Below are positions 13,100 through 26,409 of a stretch of DNA of 64,000 nucleotides, one piece after another. Position numbers and translations under genes: made by a program. Positions within the stretch are counted from its first letter, which is position 1. Every line of letters begins with the position of its first letter. The notes below the pieces were generated by a model. That model was not told the DNA's origin. It saw only the letters and a program-made list of their open reading frames with translations, and did not search any database. Source of the stretch: Eledone cirrhosa (taxonomy: Eukaryota); the NCBI GenBank assembly GCA_964016885.1, contig OZ024740.1, positions 165,416,001-165,480,000 on the forward strand. Reading direction: 5' to 3'.

Positions 13100-13720
13100 G
13101 CCGTTAATGTTCTGATTAAATGTTTGCAGGTCTATCCGTTCAGAATATATATGAGGAAGGAGTTATGTCCTGAGGATCGACGTTATGAACATGGTGATTA
13201 GTGTACAGTCAGTGTGGTTGGAAAAAAACGTGGCTGATGAAAGGAGGTAAGACGTGTGGTTCTGGAATGTCTGAGTAGAGGTGCCGTAAGTTCACCAAAC
13301 TCTAAGGACTAGAAAACGTTGTAGTTAGACTAGACAAGGCAAGGAGATGAGATAGTACGTCGATAGCCTGGAGAATGCCAAATATTGATTTTAAAACGAT
13401 TAGCCATTTGGCTTATTTCTGGATGAGGTCTAGTTTAGCAGTGTCAGCAGGAATACATTCCCAGACGTGGGGGCATTATTCCATTATGAGTTTCAGCTTA
13501 GCTTTCTACAGAGTCATTAGTTGTTGGAAGTTGAAGCATTTTTCTGGACATGAATAGAGGTGCCAGTCAGTGGGATGCGGTTCTATCTATGTTTGGTGTG
13601 TCTCATTGATAATTAAAAAAGCCGAATTGAAATCCTGAAGTGGTCAACTTAGAATTTCAATCTGCCAAGGTTCAATAAACTAAGTATTAGTCAAGTCTGC
13701 ACACATACAACTTTATAGAC
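13100..13720 (-). mobile_element. Degenerate CR1/L2-like LINE 3' fragment
   Basis: Minus strand gives KAKLKLIME*CPHVW...LDLIQK*A, resembling the YK..RP.MEY..HVW C-terminal block. Confidence 0.5.
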
Positions 13721-14006
13721 AGCTTCACTACACGAACGCCCACATTGGGATCAATAATTTCTTTATTTGGAAGTAACCAGTTATAGTCGTTTGATACTTG
13801 TGAATTCATAGTTAAAATATGATTGTCACAGCAGAAACCATCAATCGAAGCTTAGCTTCGCATATTTCCTCAAATAGATAATTCTTATTTTCTGTTTCTA
13901 TCCGTCTGTCTCTCTCACAAGCACACACACAAATCTGCGCGCGCAGACATTCACTCCCTCCCTCTCTCGTATTCTAATCTCTGTTTTCTTGCTATACTGA
14001 ATAATT

Positions 14007-14189
14007 GTTTCTACTATTGGCACAAGGCCAGCAAATACCCAGTACATTACTGGTACTTTATTTTATCGACCCCGTAAGGAGGAAAGGCAAAGTTAACCTC
14101 GGCGGGATTTGAACTCAGAATGGCAAGGGCCGTAACTCTATGCGTCCAAGCATGGCGTCCGGCCCTCTACCGACACTGCCAATCCACCT
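14007..14189 (-). mobile_element. tRNA-derived SINE
   Basis: Same family as 295-468. Confidence 0.85.
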
Positions 14190-14579
14190 ACTGAATAATA
14201 AAAGTCTCTTAATATAGTTAAAAGAATTAAATTCCAGCTGCGATTTCCGAACATATTACAGCAACAGGATATTAATAAGCTTTTTAATATATTTTTCTAC
14301 AATATCCAATTTCTCAAGTGTACTAATGTCAAATGTGAACATTTGATTTCGTCAACTGCTATGATGACCATTATTTTTTCTTTCTTTTTTTACCTCTTAC
14401 TGAGTTCACTATACTGGTAATTTGGAGAAAACTTGCATGGTACTATATTTCTTTATGAGACTCGAATCATATGATTAAACGATTGAAGTGAAAGACATTA
14501 GAAGCGATTTTGTCGAACAATAAAAGTTTTGTATATAAAGAGAGTTTACAATATTTCATATATTATGTATGTGTGTGTG

Positions 14580-15065
14580 TCAGCATTATTAGCCCTTTTG
14601 TCTGAAGACTGCCACCATACTCCTACCCTAATATGCCTCATGGTCTCGGCCGACAGGATTAAGAAGACATTTTCCAAGAAGACAGCGAGGGATACACACT
14701 GGAACAGCCACTCCACCTCGTGGATCTCGCCCTTGTAGACAACCAGCTCAACTCTCATAGCAGAGAGTTTGGACGTAGCCTAGTGGTCAAGAACGCCGGA
14801 AGTCTCCACTGCTACAGACTCAACCATAAACCTATCATGGAGCGACCGATATTTGACAGTTTGCCTTCTTCGGCCTGGCGGGAAGCGAAAGCTTGGGCTG
14901 ATAGCTGAACGCGCCAGATTGCCGCCAGAAGAGTTGTCACAATATCTAGCAACCCAGTTGAGGGCCTACCCCCGCGAAACAGGAAGATTGTCATGCGATC
15001 TAGCCAATTACCGTATCCTCGGTCCAGCCCCACTGGCTCGAGTTGGGCAGGGTCTAACTATCTGA
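14580..15065 (+). mobile_element. Possible highly diverged RTE-like 3' fragment
   Basis: GC-richer island. INLSWSDRY and RKLGLIAERARLPPEEL loosely resemble RTE C-terminal motifs. Confidence 0.3.
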
Positions 15066-16048
15066 ACATCTAAAACTGTATATGTGAACATTACTTTTGG
15101 AAATAATATTACTAATATTAGGCTGACTATAAAGTGGCAGAAACATAATGAGGTGTGGATCACACGATACGGACAATTATTATGGACCCTGAAGATATTT
15201 CAATGGCGCTGGATGTAACCAGAAGTGAAGGCTATGCATTAGGAGTAGTAGCCGCCTACACTGTGACAGGGGCTGGGCAGTTAGATTTCATCAGAGGCTT
15301 TTCTAGGAACGTCCCAAATGTTAGTGCTTGTGGAAAGTTGGAATGTCATCTTAGATATTCGCTGGGACTGTGTGTGTGAGGAGAGAGGGTAGCCGATAGA
15401 CAATGGTGTCGCAAAAGCATCGCATATAATTTCAGACATTCCCAACTGTCTTCAAAGTAACGTCTAGTTTACTTGAATGAGCCAATCTAAATCTGGACAA
15501 ACCACATCAGGTCCTGCACATCGTATCTAATTCGAGTATACCGTAAGCCAGTAGTGCAATTTGATTACAATCTAAAATGGTCTCCTACACTATCCACAAA
15601 TGTTATATGCGAAGTCGAATTTGATAATTTACTTGAGTACGACCGTGAGTGTTTCTTCTGTCAAAAAAATACTTACAAAATCCCACTACTAACTTTATTA
15701 TATATCTCAATGCGTCATATAAATTATACCGTAAAAGCATATATTGCAGGCAACAACTTTCTAATCCTCCATCTTTTCAACTTTCACATTTTCACATTCC
15801 ACCTTCCACCCTCTCTCTTTAAGTCAGTATTTAAAGTAAAGATTGTGTATTGTAAATATGGCGAACGACTAAAGAGCCACATAGTATTGGCTTTGATAAT
15901 TAAAAAGATATAAACCCGAATTGTATAAAGCGAAATAGTTGGGTGAATATGGTGTATTTATAGTAGTTTAATAAATTCACATATTTCCAACTTCTTATCA
16001 CTGGTTGAGATCTGTCCCACCTTTGAATGTTCAATTTACAATTATACA

Positions 16049-16087
<39 letters not shown>

Positions 16088-16090
<3 letters not shown>

Positions 16091-17325
16091 GTGGAACACT
16101 GGAAGGTAATATCCGTAGTGGTTGAGCACTCAGTCCAAGGGACGAGTTAGGTTGAAGTGGTTACACAACAGTTAGTTCACCATTCCGGGAACAACTGTTT
16201 CACCTTCAGGGATCTTCAGCTCGGGATGTGTATGGTTATAGGAACAGAAAGGACAACCGTACGAACGCGCATGCGCAGAAACTCGGTCACTTCACACAGG
16301 CAATACTAGACAGCGTGCGGGAAGTGTAAGGGAGATAACTGCGAAAGTCCGGAAAGTTTTTAGGTTGAATATAAAATTAAAAAAATTAAAAATAAAATTA
16401 CAAAGAATCAGTCCGGAGCCTTGTAGTTATGCAATAGATGTTTGGTGACGTATGGACAACGTGTAAAAAATTCACTTCTCGTGTTTAGGCAATCACTGCT
16501 GCGTAATCTCTTTAGGATAGTTATTCGTTCGTCGATACATAAGCCACACGTCGGATTTCCCCTTGCGTATGGCTTGGACTTAGTGATGGCTTTCCATTGA
16601 ATGGAGTAGCCTATACTTGAGTCCTTGAGGGACCATACGTGGTTCGAGAGTTTCGTGGATGAAGGTCTGTCCGGGTATCTAAAAGTAGACTGGTGGTTCA
16701 GGAAATGCTCATTGAATCGGCCCTCCGCCATGCCTACATAGGATTTGACCTCCTGTGGTTCGTTTGGTCGGTTAGAAGTGACCACAGCTTCATAGATTAC
16801 AGCTGGTGGGGTGTTGCTCCTAGGGCTGCTGGTGATGTGGGCCTTCATGTTCTTAGCGCAGGAGTATCCTAGATTAACTTTGTGTCGGTTAAAGATGGGG
16901 CGGTATTTATGACCTATGGGGAAGTGTCTATCTAAGAGGGCTAGACATTGTTTTCCTAGATTGGTTTTAACGTTGAGTGAGAAGGGAGGAGAGAACCAGA
17001 TAGTTTGTCTATTGATGCGCTTACTTTTCTTAATGGTGTTGTTGCTAGTGGGAGAGTAAGTGATGGGTTGTGAGAAGCCGCTGTTAGCTAACACCGTGTT
17101 ATAGTAGGGTGCCGTCCTGTCAAAGATAGCCTTAATAGAGGAGAGGTTTGAGATTCTAGTACTGATATTCTTAACGAAGTTTCTAAAAACAGTGGAAGGG
17201 TGGCATGAGTCCTTGTGAATGTAAGTAAGTTTCTCGTTTAGCTTATGGAAGGGTCTGTGGGTGTGTGTGCGAAGGTCTAAATTAATGTCTAAGAAATCTA
17301 CGCTAGAGAGGTTGGTGGCCACGGA
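16088..17325 (-). mobile_element. Penelope-like element (Naiad-like), 5'-truncated, with 3' hammerhead
   Basis: ORF 16408-17322 has VDFLDINLDL, IWFSPPFSLNVKTNLGK, GIY-YIG VIYEA..SYVGMAE and CGLC..E..LN.RSE. Hammerhead at 16181-16228. Ends in (TA)n. Confidence 0.85.
16181..16228 (-). ncRNA. Type I hammerhead ribozyme, slightly degenerate
   Basis: CAUCCCGAG-CUGAAGA-UCCCUGAAGGU-GAAACAGUUGUU-CCCGGAAUG, with helix I at 7/9 pairs. Confidence 0.6.
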
Positions 17326-17599
17326 TCATGGATGTTTCGGTGCTTATAAACAAAACATCTATCCATAGCCTTTTATCTATCAAAAAGCCACGGGGAAAGA
17401 AGTGATAGCGAAGAGAGAGGAAGACAGAACAAAAGGGAGAAGAAAAAAGGAAAAAAAGAAGTAAACATACCGATACAAGGGAGAACACAGGATAATGGCA
17501 CATGTAAGTGAGTAACCGAAGATATATACATACAAATATATATATATATACTATATATATATATGGTAGCTAGGATGCACAGTATGTTGTGTGTGTGTG

Positions 17600-17649
<50 letters not shown>

Positions 17650-17791
17650 CATGTGTGTGTGTATATGTATGTGTATATTTGTGTGATTGTGTATGTGTGT
17701 GTGTATATATATAGATATCTGTATATATTTCTGTGGTTACATGTGTGAAAGTAAGCACGCAAGCTATTCTGTATGTGTCTGTCCGTGTCTC

Positions 17792-17841
<50 letters not shown>

Positions 17842-18230
17842 TGTGTGAGTGAGTATAGGCACACACTGGAGTAATTTTGCCGATGGGACTGGGGGTGAAT
17901 GACAGTTCACGCCTCGATGGTCAGTGGGCTGCTTCCAGTGGTCAGAACTATGATGACATCACCAACCATTGACCAATACAAGGTCGCACAAACAGGATGA
18001 AAGCGGATGATATAGACTCGTAAGATCAGAACCCGAGAAAGAGGATTTGCTCTGAAATCAATAGACGTGTCTGAGGAACCTGCGATTCCAGAGTCAGGTT
18101 CGATGCACACACAAATCGCACATCGAGCTGTTCGCTGGGGAAACAATTGTAATACGTAATAATTGAGTTCCGACGCATCACTGATTCTTCGTTTTCCATT
18201 CTCTCTCTCTCTATATATATACACAGATAG

Positions 18231-18274
<44 letters not shown>

Positions 18275-18907
18275 GGGGAGATAGAGAGAGAGAGGGGGAG
18301 AGAGAGAGAGAGGGAGAGAGATGATATAATGCATCAAAGAGCATATGAATTTACCTTATAAAAATAAATCCATTTATAACATTGAAATAGTTTTAAAAGT
18401 TATAAACCCTCAGAACGAAGACAACTTTCCTACAACCAAAGAAACTATACATACTCATACATTATGTATGATTAATTAATTGATATGCGCGATGGCAATG
18501 AATGGTCGATGAATTTCATTTTGATAATTACAAAATCTACCACCACAGTAGAATTTTTCATATTTATTGATATATTAAACGGGTTAAATGATAGAACATA
18601 TGTGCTTCAGATTGAATCAAAGTTAATTGCAAACACTCCAGTTGAAACCCCAACCCTTTTCATTGATGGACATTATAGTGTATCTATCTTGTAGTTTCAA
18701 TTCAATAGCACCATTAGAAAAATGTACAACGTTACACAGACTAAATTGTATGAAAGTATATACATAATACAGTCACACACACACACAGACGCATACACAT
18801 ACATAGAGAGAGGGGGGAAGGGAAACGGAGAGAAAAGGAGAGAAAGATAAGGAGATATATAGATAGATATATAGTAGAGAGAGAGATAGAGAGAGAGAGC
18901 GAGAGAG

Positions 18908-18996
<89 letters not shown>

Positions 18997-19329
18997 ATTA
19001 TGTCGTAGCAAAAGAATCTAAAATCGCATGACATGATTTCATATTTGAAGACAGCAGAAAATATGCAAGCACAATAGGGATGGCACAACTAAATGTTTAC
19101 TAAAATCTAACTAGTCAATGTATTTTTCGGACACATCAACGATACCTCTGCTATTCATAATCTTCATGAATAAGATCGAAATGTTCAGTCGGGAAATAGT
19201 ATTAAAACTAGTGGCTGTAGGATCAGTCGGCTGAAATTTGTAGATGGCTTGTTGCTACTTAACTCGTTGGAAAGTGATCTCTGAATACACTGGATTTGTT
19301 TGCTGAGAGTGCTGCATGGCATGAATGAA

Positions 19330-19995
19330 AATCAGGGCTGCAAAGCCTAAGGCATTCGTTCTCTTGAGAAAGCCTGTAAATGAAGATACACTGAAACAGG
19401 TGGAGGTACAACTATCTCGGGAACGTCTTCACGATTGGTTGAAGGCAGCAGGCTGATATTAATGCAAGAATTGCTGAAACTAATGCAATAATGTACTAAC
19501 TTCACCTTTGGGTTATCAGAATTCGGTATTCAGACATATACATGCCTATAATCATAAATCTTGAGTAATGACAGAAAGAATAATAACGTAAAAACCAGCG
19601 GCCGAAAGGGTCTTTGGTGTAACGTTATTCAATAGGATAAGTAGCTAGGAGATAAGAGAGTCATTACAGGGAAATCATCGAGAGATCACAGTTCCATTAC
19701 GATGGACATATGTTTAGAATGTCTAAGGAACGGATCACTGGACAGATTTTACGTACAAAGCCAAGGGCCTGGAGATCCTGAAGTAGACAACAAGCAAGAG
19801 GGTTAGATAATCTCAATGTGCTTGGTTGGTCTCGTTTGGAGATATGACCCTCTGGAAAGCTGTCTGAGAAGAAGAAGAAGAAGAAGAAGAAGAAGAAGAA
19901 GAAGAAGAAGAAGAAGAAGAAGAAGAAGAAGAAGAAGAAGAAGAAGAAGAAGAAGAAGAAGAAGAAGAAGAAGAAGAAGAAGAAGAAGAAGAAGA
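19330..19995 (+). mobile_element. Degenerate RTE-like LINE ending in a long (GAA)n tail
   Basis: Remnants ARIAETNAIM, SQFHYDGH..RMSKE; (GAA)n at ~19867-19995. Confidence 0.6.
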
Positions 19996-20349
19996 TATGC
20001 AGTTTATAAAAATGCATCATACGACGAAATATTAGATTTTAAAGGGGAATACACACTAGAAAACAATATATGTTTAAATTCTATATTTATCAGAATATTT
20101 CATATATAAGGGGAGAATACACACAGCCACCTTCTCCATATAATGTATACATTATGGCACAATTGCACAGCATGCTGAGAATGCGTACGAGGATAGAAAC
20201 CAGAATCACGTTGTTGTGAAAATATCTTTGTAATCACTCAGCTAATGTTCCTAGTTACATCATACATACCCGCGCCTCATACACATATGCTTATACACAT
20301 ATACATACACACGTATATATGACTATATTTACATACATAGCTACTCACG

Positions 20350-20382
<33 letters not shown>

Positions 20383-20387
<5 letters not shown>

Positions 20388-20922
20388 AAAAGAATGAAAT
20401 GAAATGAAATTTCTCACTCTTAGTACGGCTGATACTTAAATGTAAGTATGTATACGTACATACATATATGTATACAGACGTACAGTAGTATGTATAAATA
20501 CATGCACACATATATATATATATGTACGTATGGGTTTACCGAACATTTATTATAATTTTCGGTTTGTTTGTAAACAAACAGCCCAAATTAAGCCGTACAG
20601 TGTTCGGCAACCATCGTCACCCTTTTGTTCAACACTGACAAAGGAACGATGAACTAGTTTCAAGCTTATTACCTATCGTCAGCATCGTATACCTTCCTGT
20701 CAGAGGATTGAACGTTTGAAAGTATATACATTCCTTATGCATATTAACGGCTGAGCAGCCTAATTTCCATATCGAGTGAGTTAGTCGGCCGGGGGTACCG
20801 AAAACGATAAATGGAAAAGAATGAAACGAAATTTCATTTCTCACTCTTAGTACGGCTGATATTTAAATGTAAGTATGAATACGAACATACATATATGTAT
20901 ACAGACGTGCAGTAGTATGTAT
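20383..20922 (-). mobile_element. Small non-coding hammerhead element with terminal direct repeats (retrozyme-like / non-autonomous PLE)
   Basis: ~112-bp direct repeat at 20383-20495 and 20811-20922 (period 428). Hammerhead at 20647-20687 on the minus strand. Flanked by TA-rich sequence. Confidence 0.7.
20647..20687 (-). ncRNA. Minimal type I hammerhead ribozyme
   Basis: CGAUG-CUGACGA-UAGGUAAUAAGCUU-GAAACUAGUU-CAUCG: perfect 5-bp helix I, palindromic helix III ACUAGU, imperfect helix II. Confidence 0.7.
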
Positions 20923-20929
20923 ATATACT

Positions 20930-23810
20930 CCAGATAATATCAAATTATCAACACTTAATACGATGATTGACACACAATCCCCTCTTTTAAAGGAAATAGA
21001 AAAACAATCTACAGACGGAAAACTTATAACTGAACATATAAAGTCTGAAATTAAGAATTTAGGTTAAATTATACCAACAGTTATAAAAGATACAAGAGAA
21101 AGCCTACCACAACCCCCTTGGATGTCAGAACTAAACGAAAGAAATTTGGAAAACGAAACACATCGAATAAGAAAAGAAATGTGGAAGACATGGACAACAT
21201 TTCTTAACATAAGAAAAAAAAAACTTCTGGAAAGCATAGAAATGCGAAAAATATGTCGAAACACATTCGAAATGGCTTTGTCTAACGGCACCCATACTCC
21301 TTCGTAAATACCTAATTAAAGAAATTGCAGGAGAGCCAAAAGAAGAAACAAAACTCCGATGGGAACTTACATTGACAAAATTCAGGACCGACATTTCCAT
21401 TACTCAATGTAAACAATCCCGCTACAAAACCAAATACGAAGCTATCGATGACCAAATTGAAGTCGAAATTTCAAAGCTAACGACTGGTAATATAGCTGAA
21501 AAACTACGAGAACTATAGATCAGAGATATCTCAAAAGAAGAAAGCAAATCAAGAAAGTTATGGCAGCAGAAACAATTATTTCTCGACGAATATGCTGAAA
21601 ATTACGGTAAAGACTCTGGAACTCTGAGAAAAAGCATTAAAAGTGGACAATCTCGCCAGAACACGTGGCAACACAAACACACATCTCACCTTGAATCAAA
21701 GAGGTACTACGGTAAGAACTCTTCGCTTTTTCAACAAAAACACCCTAACGCACACAACATGAACAAAAAGCACAAACACGATAGATATTCCTTTGACCAG
21801 ACCATGAGAAGTAGAAAAACTAGGAGATCATTCTCAAGATCTCAACAGAGACTACCCACAAGGAACGGGGAAAAAAACCGTAGAATACCCAGATCACTTT
21901 CAAGATCTCAACAGAGGCTACCCACGAGAAACTGGGCAAAAAAAAAAACGATCTAAACCTGAAAGAAAACCTAAGACATTTTCCCAGATTGTTAAAAATA
22001 ATGCTAACAAGAAATGGAAAAATAATATATATAATACCAAAAATAGGACAAAAAACATAACGAAACTAAATATAATATCACGACCAAACACCAACAGGAA
22101 TATAAATCAAGCAAACACCAACATGAATATAAATCCTGAACAGGAAAAATCCATTGTTTAACATCAGGACAACAACAACTGGAAAAAGAAAAACCCCAGA
22201 AGGAAACATACTCAAAACAATTGAACTCATAGATCCTAAAATAATTAATTTATCCAAAAGAGATCTTGACAATGATCAAATGCAAATTCTGTCAAAAGGA
22301 CTGAAATTCACACAGACTCCAACAGTCAACCACCAAGAACTAAAGGAGGATACCCAAGAATTCTGTCGTAAATTAGTAGAATTCTTCGCTGATAAAAGTA
22401 ATGAGAGTAAAGAATAAATCAAATTTCACTCCGCCAAAAGGAAGAAATATATATCTCGACCAATACATTGATATCCTGTCTAAATTTCCTCTTAGACGTA
22501 ATACTAATGTTAGGCCAAACATTAACAAATCGGAAATGTCTGCACTTAAACTTATACAAATGATAACACAATAATAATTAAACAAGCAGATAAAGGGGGT
22601 GCAATTTTTATAATGGATGCTGAATACTACAAAGATTTGGTTGAGGAACAACTGAAAGACTCAACATTCTACCATGAAATACCGTCAAATATAGACCACA
22701 ACATCATGAAGAAGATCAACAACCTGGCTTTAAAATACTCAACTCACTTACTGATAATGAAAGAGACTACATCACCAATTTTGAGCCAAAACCCAGCAAC
22801 TTTTATAGCTTACAGAAAATTCATAAGTCAAAAGAAATGCAACTGGCAGTAAAAGAAGAAAAAAGTGAATACTTTAAATTACTACATCCAAAAGACTTAA
22901 AACTTAGACCTATTATAGCTGGTCCAACATGCCCTACCCACCATCTAAGCAATTTTGTTGACATTATTTTGAAACCACTATGTATTCACATACCCAGTTT
23001 CATCCGGGATGGTATCGACTTCCTGTCCCATCTCCCCAAAACCACGGAAATGAATTCACTTATACTTAGTTTTGATGTGGTAAGCCTTTACACCAACATT
23101 ACACATGATTTAGGAATAAAGGCGGTTACATACTGGGTGGAAAAAGATAGAGATGTGATTCCGACTAGATTCACAGTGCAATTTATATTAGACGCAGTTA
23201 GACTTATTCTGGAAAACAACACTTTCTTCTTCAATGGAAAGAATTATAGAGGCACATCGATGGGAACGAAGTTTGTTCCCGTTTACGCGAACTCTATAAT
23301 GGGATATTTAGAACAACAACTCTACCAAGAAATAGAGGAAAAATATAGCACTGAATTTAGAAAGTACATTGAAAAGTCTTGGAAGAGATACCTTGACGAC
23401 TGTTTCATCATCTGGACAGAATCTCTATATACTCTGGATGAGTTCAATATCCTCCTGAATAACCTACACCCATCTTAGCTCCGGTCGTTTCGACCTAGCT
23501 GTCGAAACGAACACAGCTTACCGTCGGGGTCTTAACTCTTTTCCTATATATATGTATAGGAAATGAATGGCATTCAAAAACAGCAATGAACTGGACGCCG
23601 CCTGGCGGTAAACGGAGGCGGGGTTGCTTGAGGATCACCTGGCGACGAACGTTCCGGAAGGACCTGATGGCAGCGAACATCACCTGGCACGGTCTCGAAA
23701 AAGTTGCTGCTGATCGTGACCGTTGGCGAGTACTTACTGCTCGATGCGCCGAACGGCGCGGAAGATTCTAAGATAAGATATATATATATCAAATTTAATA
23801 CAGAAATGGC
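20930..23810 (+). mobile_element. Penelope-like element, frameshifted RT, interrupted and 3'-truncated
   Basis: INLSKRDL..QILSKGLKF..TP, IIKQADKGG, RPIIAGP.CPT, SFDVVSLYTNI, GTSMGTKF, WKRYLDDCF and NNLHPS, resuming as IKFNTEM after an insertion at ~23475-23787. Confidence 0.88.
23558..23783 (+). mobile_element. RTE-clade LINE 3' end nested in the PLE
   Basis: WTPPGGKRRRGCLRITWRRTFRKDL...W..LEKVAADRDRWR, followed by a TAAGATAAGA tail. Confidence 0.85.
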
Positions 23811-24409
23811 TGCTACAGGACTAGAACTGTTTCATTCGAAGGAAATTATCAGGAAAGCCTTTACACTCTACTACAGTATTGGATACCTTTGTTTCTGTGG
23901 TTACCCCCGATTGAACCCGGGACTCATATATCGGGGGTTACCTCCCTTTGGGAAAACCATGTGCTTGCTAGCAGCGCTTACTCTAGCACTCACACCCGAG
24001 CGGACGAGAACGAAAAACTTGTTGACGAAGTAAACTCCATTGTTCTATCTTCAAAAACCATTAACTTGCAGACCTCTGCAAGTGGATTTTGTCGATTTCG
24101 GATTTACAGAAACCTAGCGGAGATATTGTAGATTATATGTGATGTATATTATATGGTATACATTATGTGTTGTGTATGATGTCGACGTGATGGTCAAGGT
24201 TAGTCAAAAATGTATCCCTGAGTTCAGTCTTTTTTGTCGCTATGGACACTGCGGCCCTTCTATCGGTCGCTTTCTTCAATTTGCAAAGCTGTCTAAACGT
24301 CATGTTATAACTCTGGGGTTTTATACCCTATTGCGTGCTTAGCTGCACACCGAGACTGCATTCGTTAGCTTGGCTGCAACCATGGCTTCGTTGATGCTGT
24401 ACTAAATTT

Positions 24410-24447
<38 letters not shown>

Positions 24448-24449
<2 letters not shown>

Positions 24450-25320
24450 ATTTTCACTATTTTTCCGATGTAAAACATTAAAAACATATAAGTAATCTTA
24501 TTAATTCAGTTAATTTAATTTAATTTAATTTAAATACTTACACTAAATATAAACTAGTATCCCTCATAATTTATCATCTATAACATTATATACCCATCTA
24601 TCCACTCATATATATATCCTTATATATATCCTTATACCTATATTCTTCTACTTTATATCTATATATTTTAAATCTATTTTTTAATATATTTTAATATATT
24701 TTAATAATTTAATATATTTTTATATATTTTTATTTTTTCTATATATCTAATTTTCTATATACTTATAATAGTAAATAAATGTTTATTATAATAGAATTCT
24801 AACAATTATTAGTAAATATACGTAACATAAATATTTAACATAAACATAAGACTTATTTACGTTATATGAGCTCATCCTCGGATAAGCTTCTTTCTTCGCT
24901 CTTTCTTCACTCTATTTCTTCACTCTATTTCTACATATACTAATATTTTTCTTTTCTCTCGCTTCTTCCCACAGCGTAATTTAAATAAACGGTTGTTTTT
25001 TCAATTTTTCGGACATTCATTTGCATATTCACACATAACTTTGAATTACCCTTAATAAATTTTCACTATCCAGCGAATTTTCAACCGTCAATCCATGGTT
25101 ATGTCACTATTCATAAAACAAATTTTGTATTTTATCTGATGAAAGCGCACCAAGTTTGGCTTGGTCGTCCTTGAAATATATATAATAAAATTAATTATGG
25201 GTTTATGAATATAGTTTCCATTTATTAATATATAGGATATTTACTCCAGTAGACTGTTGAGTGCTCTATACCAGTTATAAACTTTTAAGTTTGTTGGAAT
25301 CCCAACAAATTAAATATAAC
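24448..25320 (+). mobile_element. AT-rich PLE 3'/pLTR-like remnant carrying a hammerhead
   Basis: Lies between microsatellites and contains the hammerhead at 25129-25191. The downstream TGAGTGCTC motif is shared with the Naiad-like 3' end. Confidence 0.55.
25129..25191 (+). ncRNA. Type I hammerhead ribozyme
   Basis: AUUUUAU-CUGAUGA-AAGCGCACCAAG(UUUGG)CUUGGUCGUCCUU-GAAAUAUAUAUA-AUAAAAU: canonical core, perfect 7-bp helix I, palindromic AU helix III. Confidence 0.75.
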
Positions 25321-25342
25321 TTCTACACACACATATATACAC

Positions 25343-25393
<51 letters not shown>

Positions 25394-25396
<3 letters not shown>

Positions 25397-26343
25397 ATAC
25401 CTTGTTCGATCATTATACCAAAAGCTTATTCTTTATAAGCAGACAGTATTATTGATTTAGTGTTGCAGAAACCCAAATTCGGACTATTCCATCTTCCCCG
25501 AGGATCCGGGTAACTATTTCAATCATATCTTATTTTGTTGACCCGTTTAGCTTGTTCGCTTTTTTGGCTCTGGTGGTTAATGGCTTCTTAACCATCGTCT
25601 CAGTTTGTATGACCTTTTTAACTTATGTTTATAGCTTTGGTATCTTCTTCATATCCATGGAGCGCTTGTCTACACATTACGGAAGTTGCGTTTCGTTAAT
25701 TTCTACCCGCCGAAATGCGATTCTCGCTAAATTTATATTTGTATTAATCTCCCAAGTCAAGCGATTAACCAGTTAATTTTTTTGGCTCTTTAGTTAATTC
25801 TATTAACTGATTAATTGCTTAAGTTTACTTTAAAAACAACTTGGTCGAGAGCTTTATTCGTTTTGTGCTATTTTTGCAAATTTTTGCAATAACTACACAC
25901 GCTGAATTCACTGGCCAAAATAGGGGTTTCTCTCCTTGGGGCCTCACATGTGCTTTCATAACCTGTGAGATTCTGGACCACAGAGAACAAAATGCCTGTT
26001 GAGAAAGCGATGCCTTGTTCGATCATTATTCCAAAAGCTTATTCTTTATAAGCAGAGAGTATTATTGATTTAGGTGTTGCAGAAACCCAAATTCGGAGTA
26101 TTCCATCTTCCCCGAGGGTCCGGGTAACTATTTCAATCATATCTTATTTTGTTTGACCCGTTTAGCTTGTTCGCTTTTTTGGCTTAGGTGGTTAATGGCT
26201 TCTTAACCATCGTCTCAGCGTGTATGACCTTTTTAACTTATGTTTATAGCTCTGGTATCTTCTTCATATCCATGGAGCGCTTGTCTACACATTACGGAAT
26301 TTGCGTTTGGCTAATTTCTACCCGCCGAAATGCGATTCTCGCT

Positions 26344-26348
<5 letters not shown>
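25394..26348 (+). mobile_element. Unclassified ~600-bp family, copy Y (about 1.56 head-to-tail monomers)
   Basis: 25394-~25735 is repeated at 26007-26348 (period 613). (TA)n on both sides. Confidence 0.75.

Positions 26349-26409
<61 letters not shown>

Noticed and set aside
15150-15700. Degenerate LINE RT fragment
   Set aside because: Only faint resemblance (LDF..GF..VP), too weak to call.
16088-17322. Selenocysteine recoding / SECIS in the Naiad-like element
   Set aside because: There is no in-frame TGA in the surviving ORF and no convincing SECIS stem visible by eye.
17865-18200. Possible exon or ncRNA in a GC-richer island
   Set aside because: No recognisable protein motif, splice-supported frame or RNA fold.
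26007-26045. Mitochondrial 16S rRNA (NUMT) origin for the ~600-bp family
   Set aside because: Only TGTTCGA.CATTA resembles it, and the flanking universal rRNA motifs are absent.
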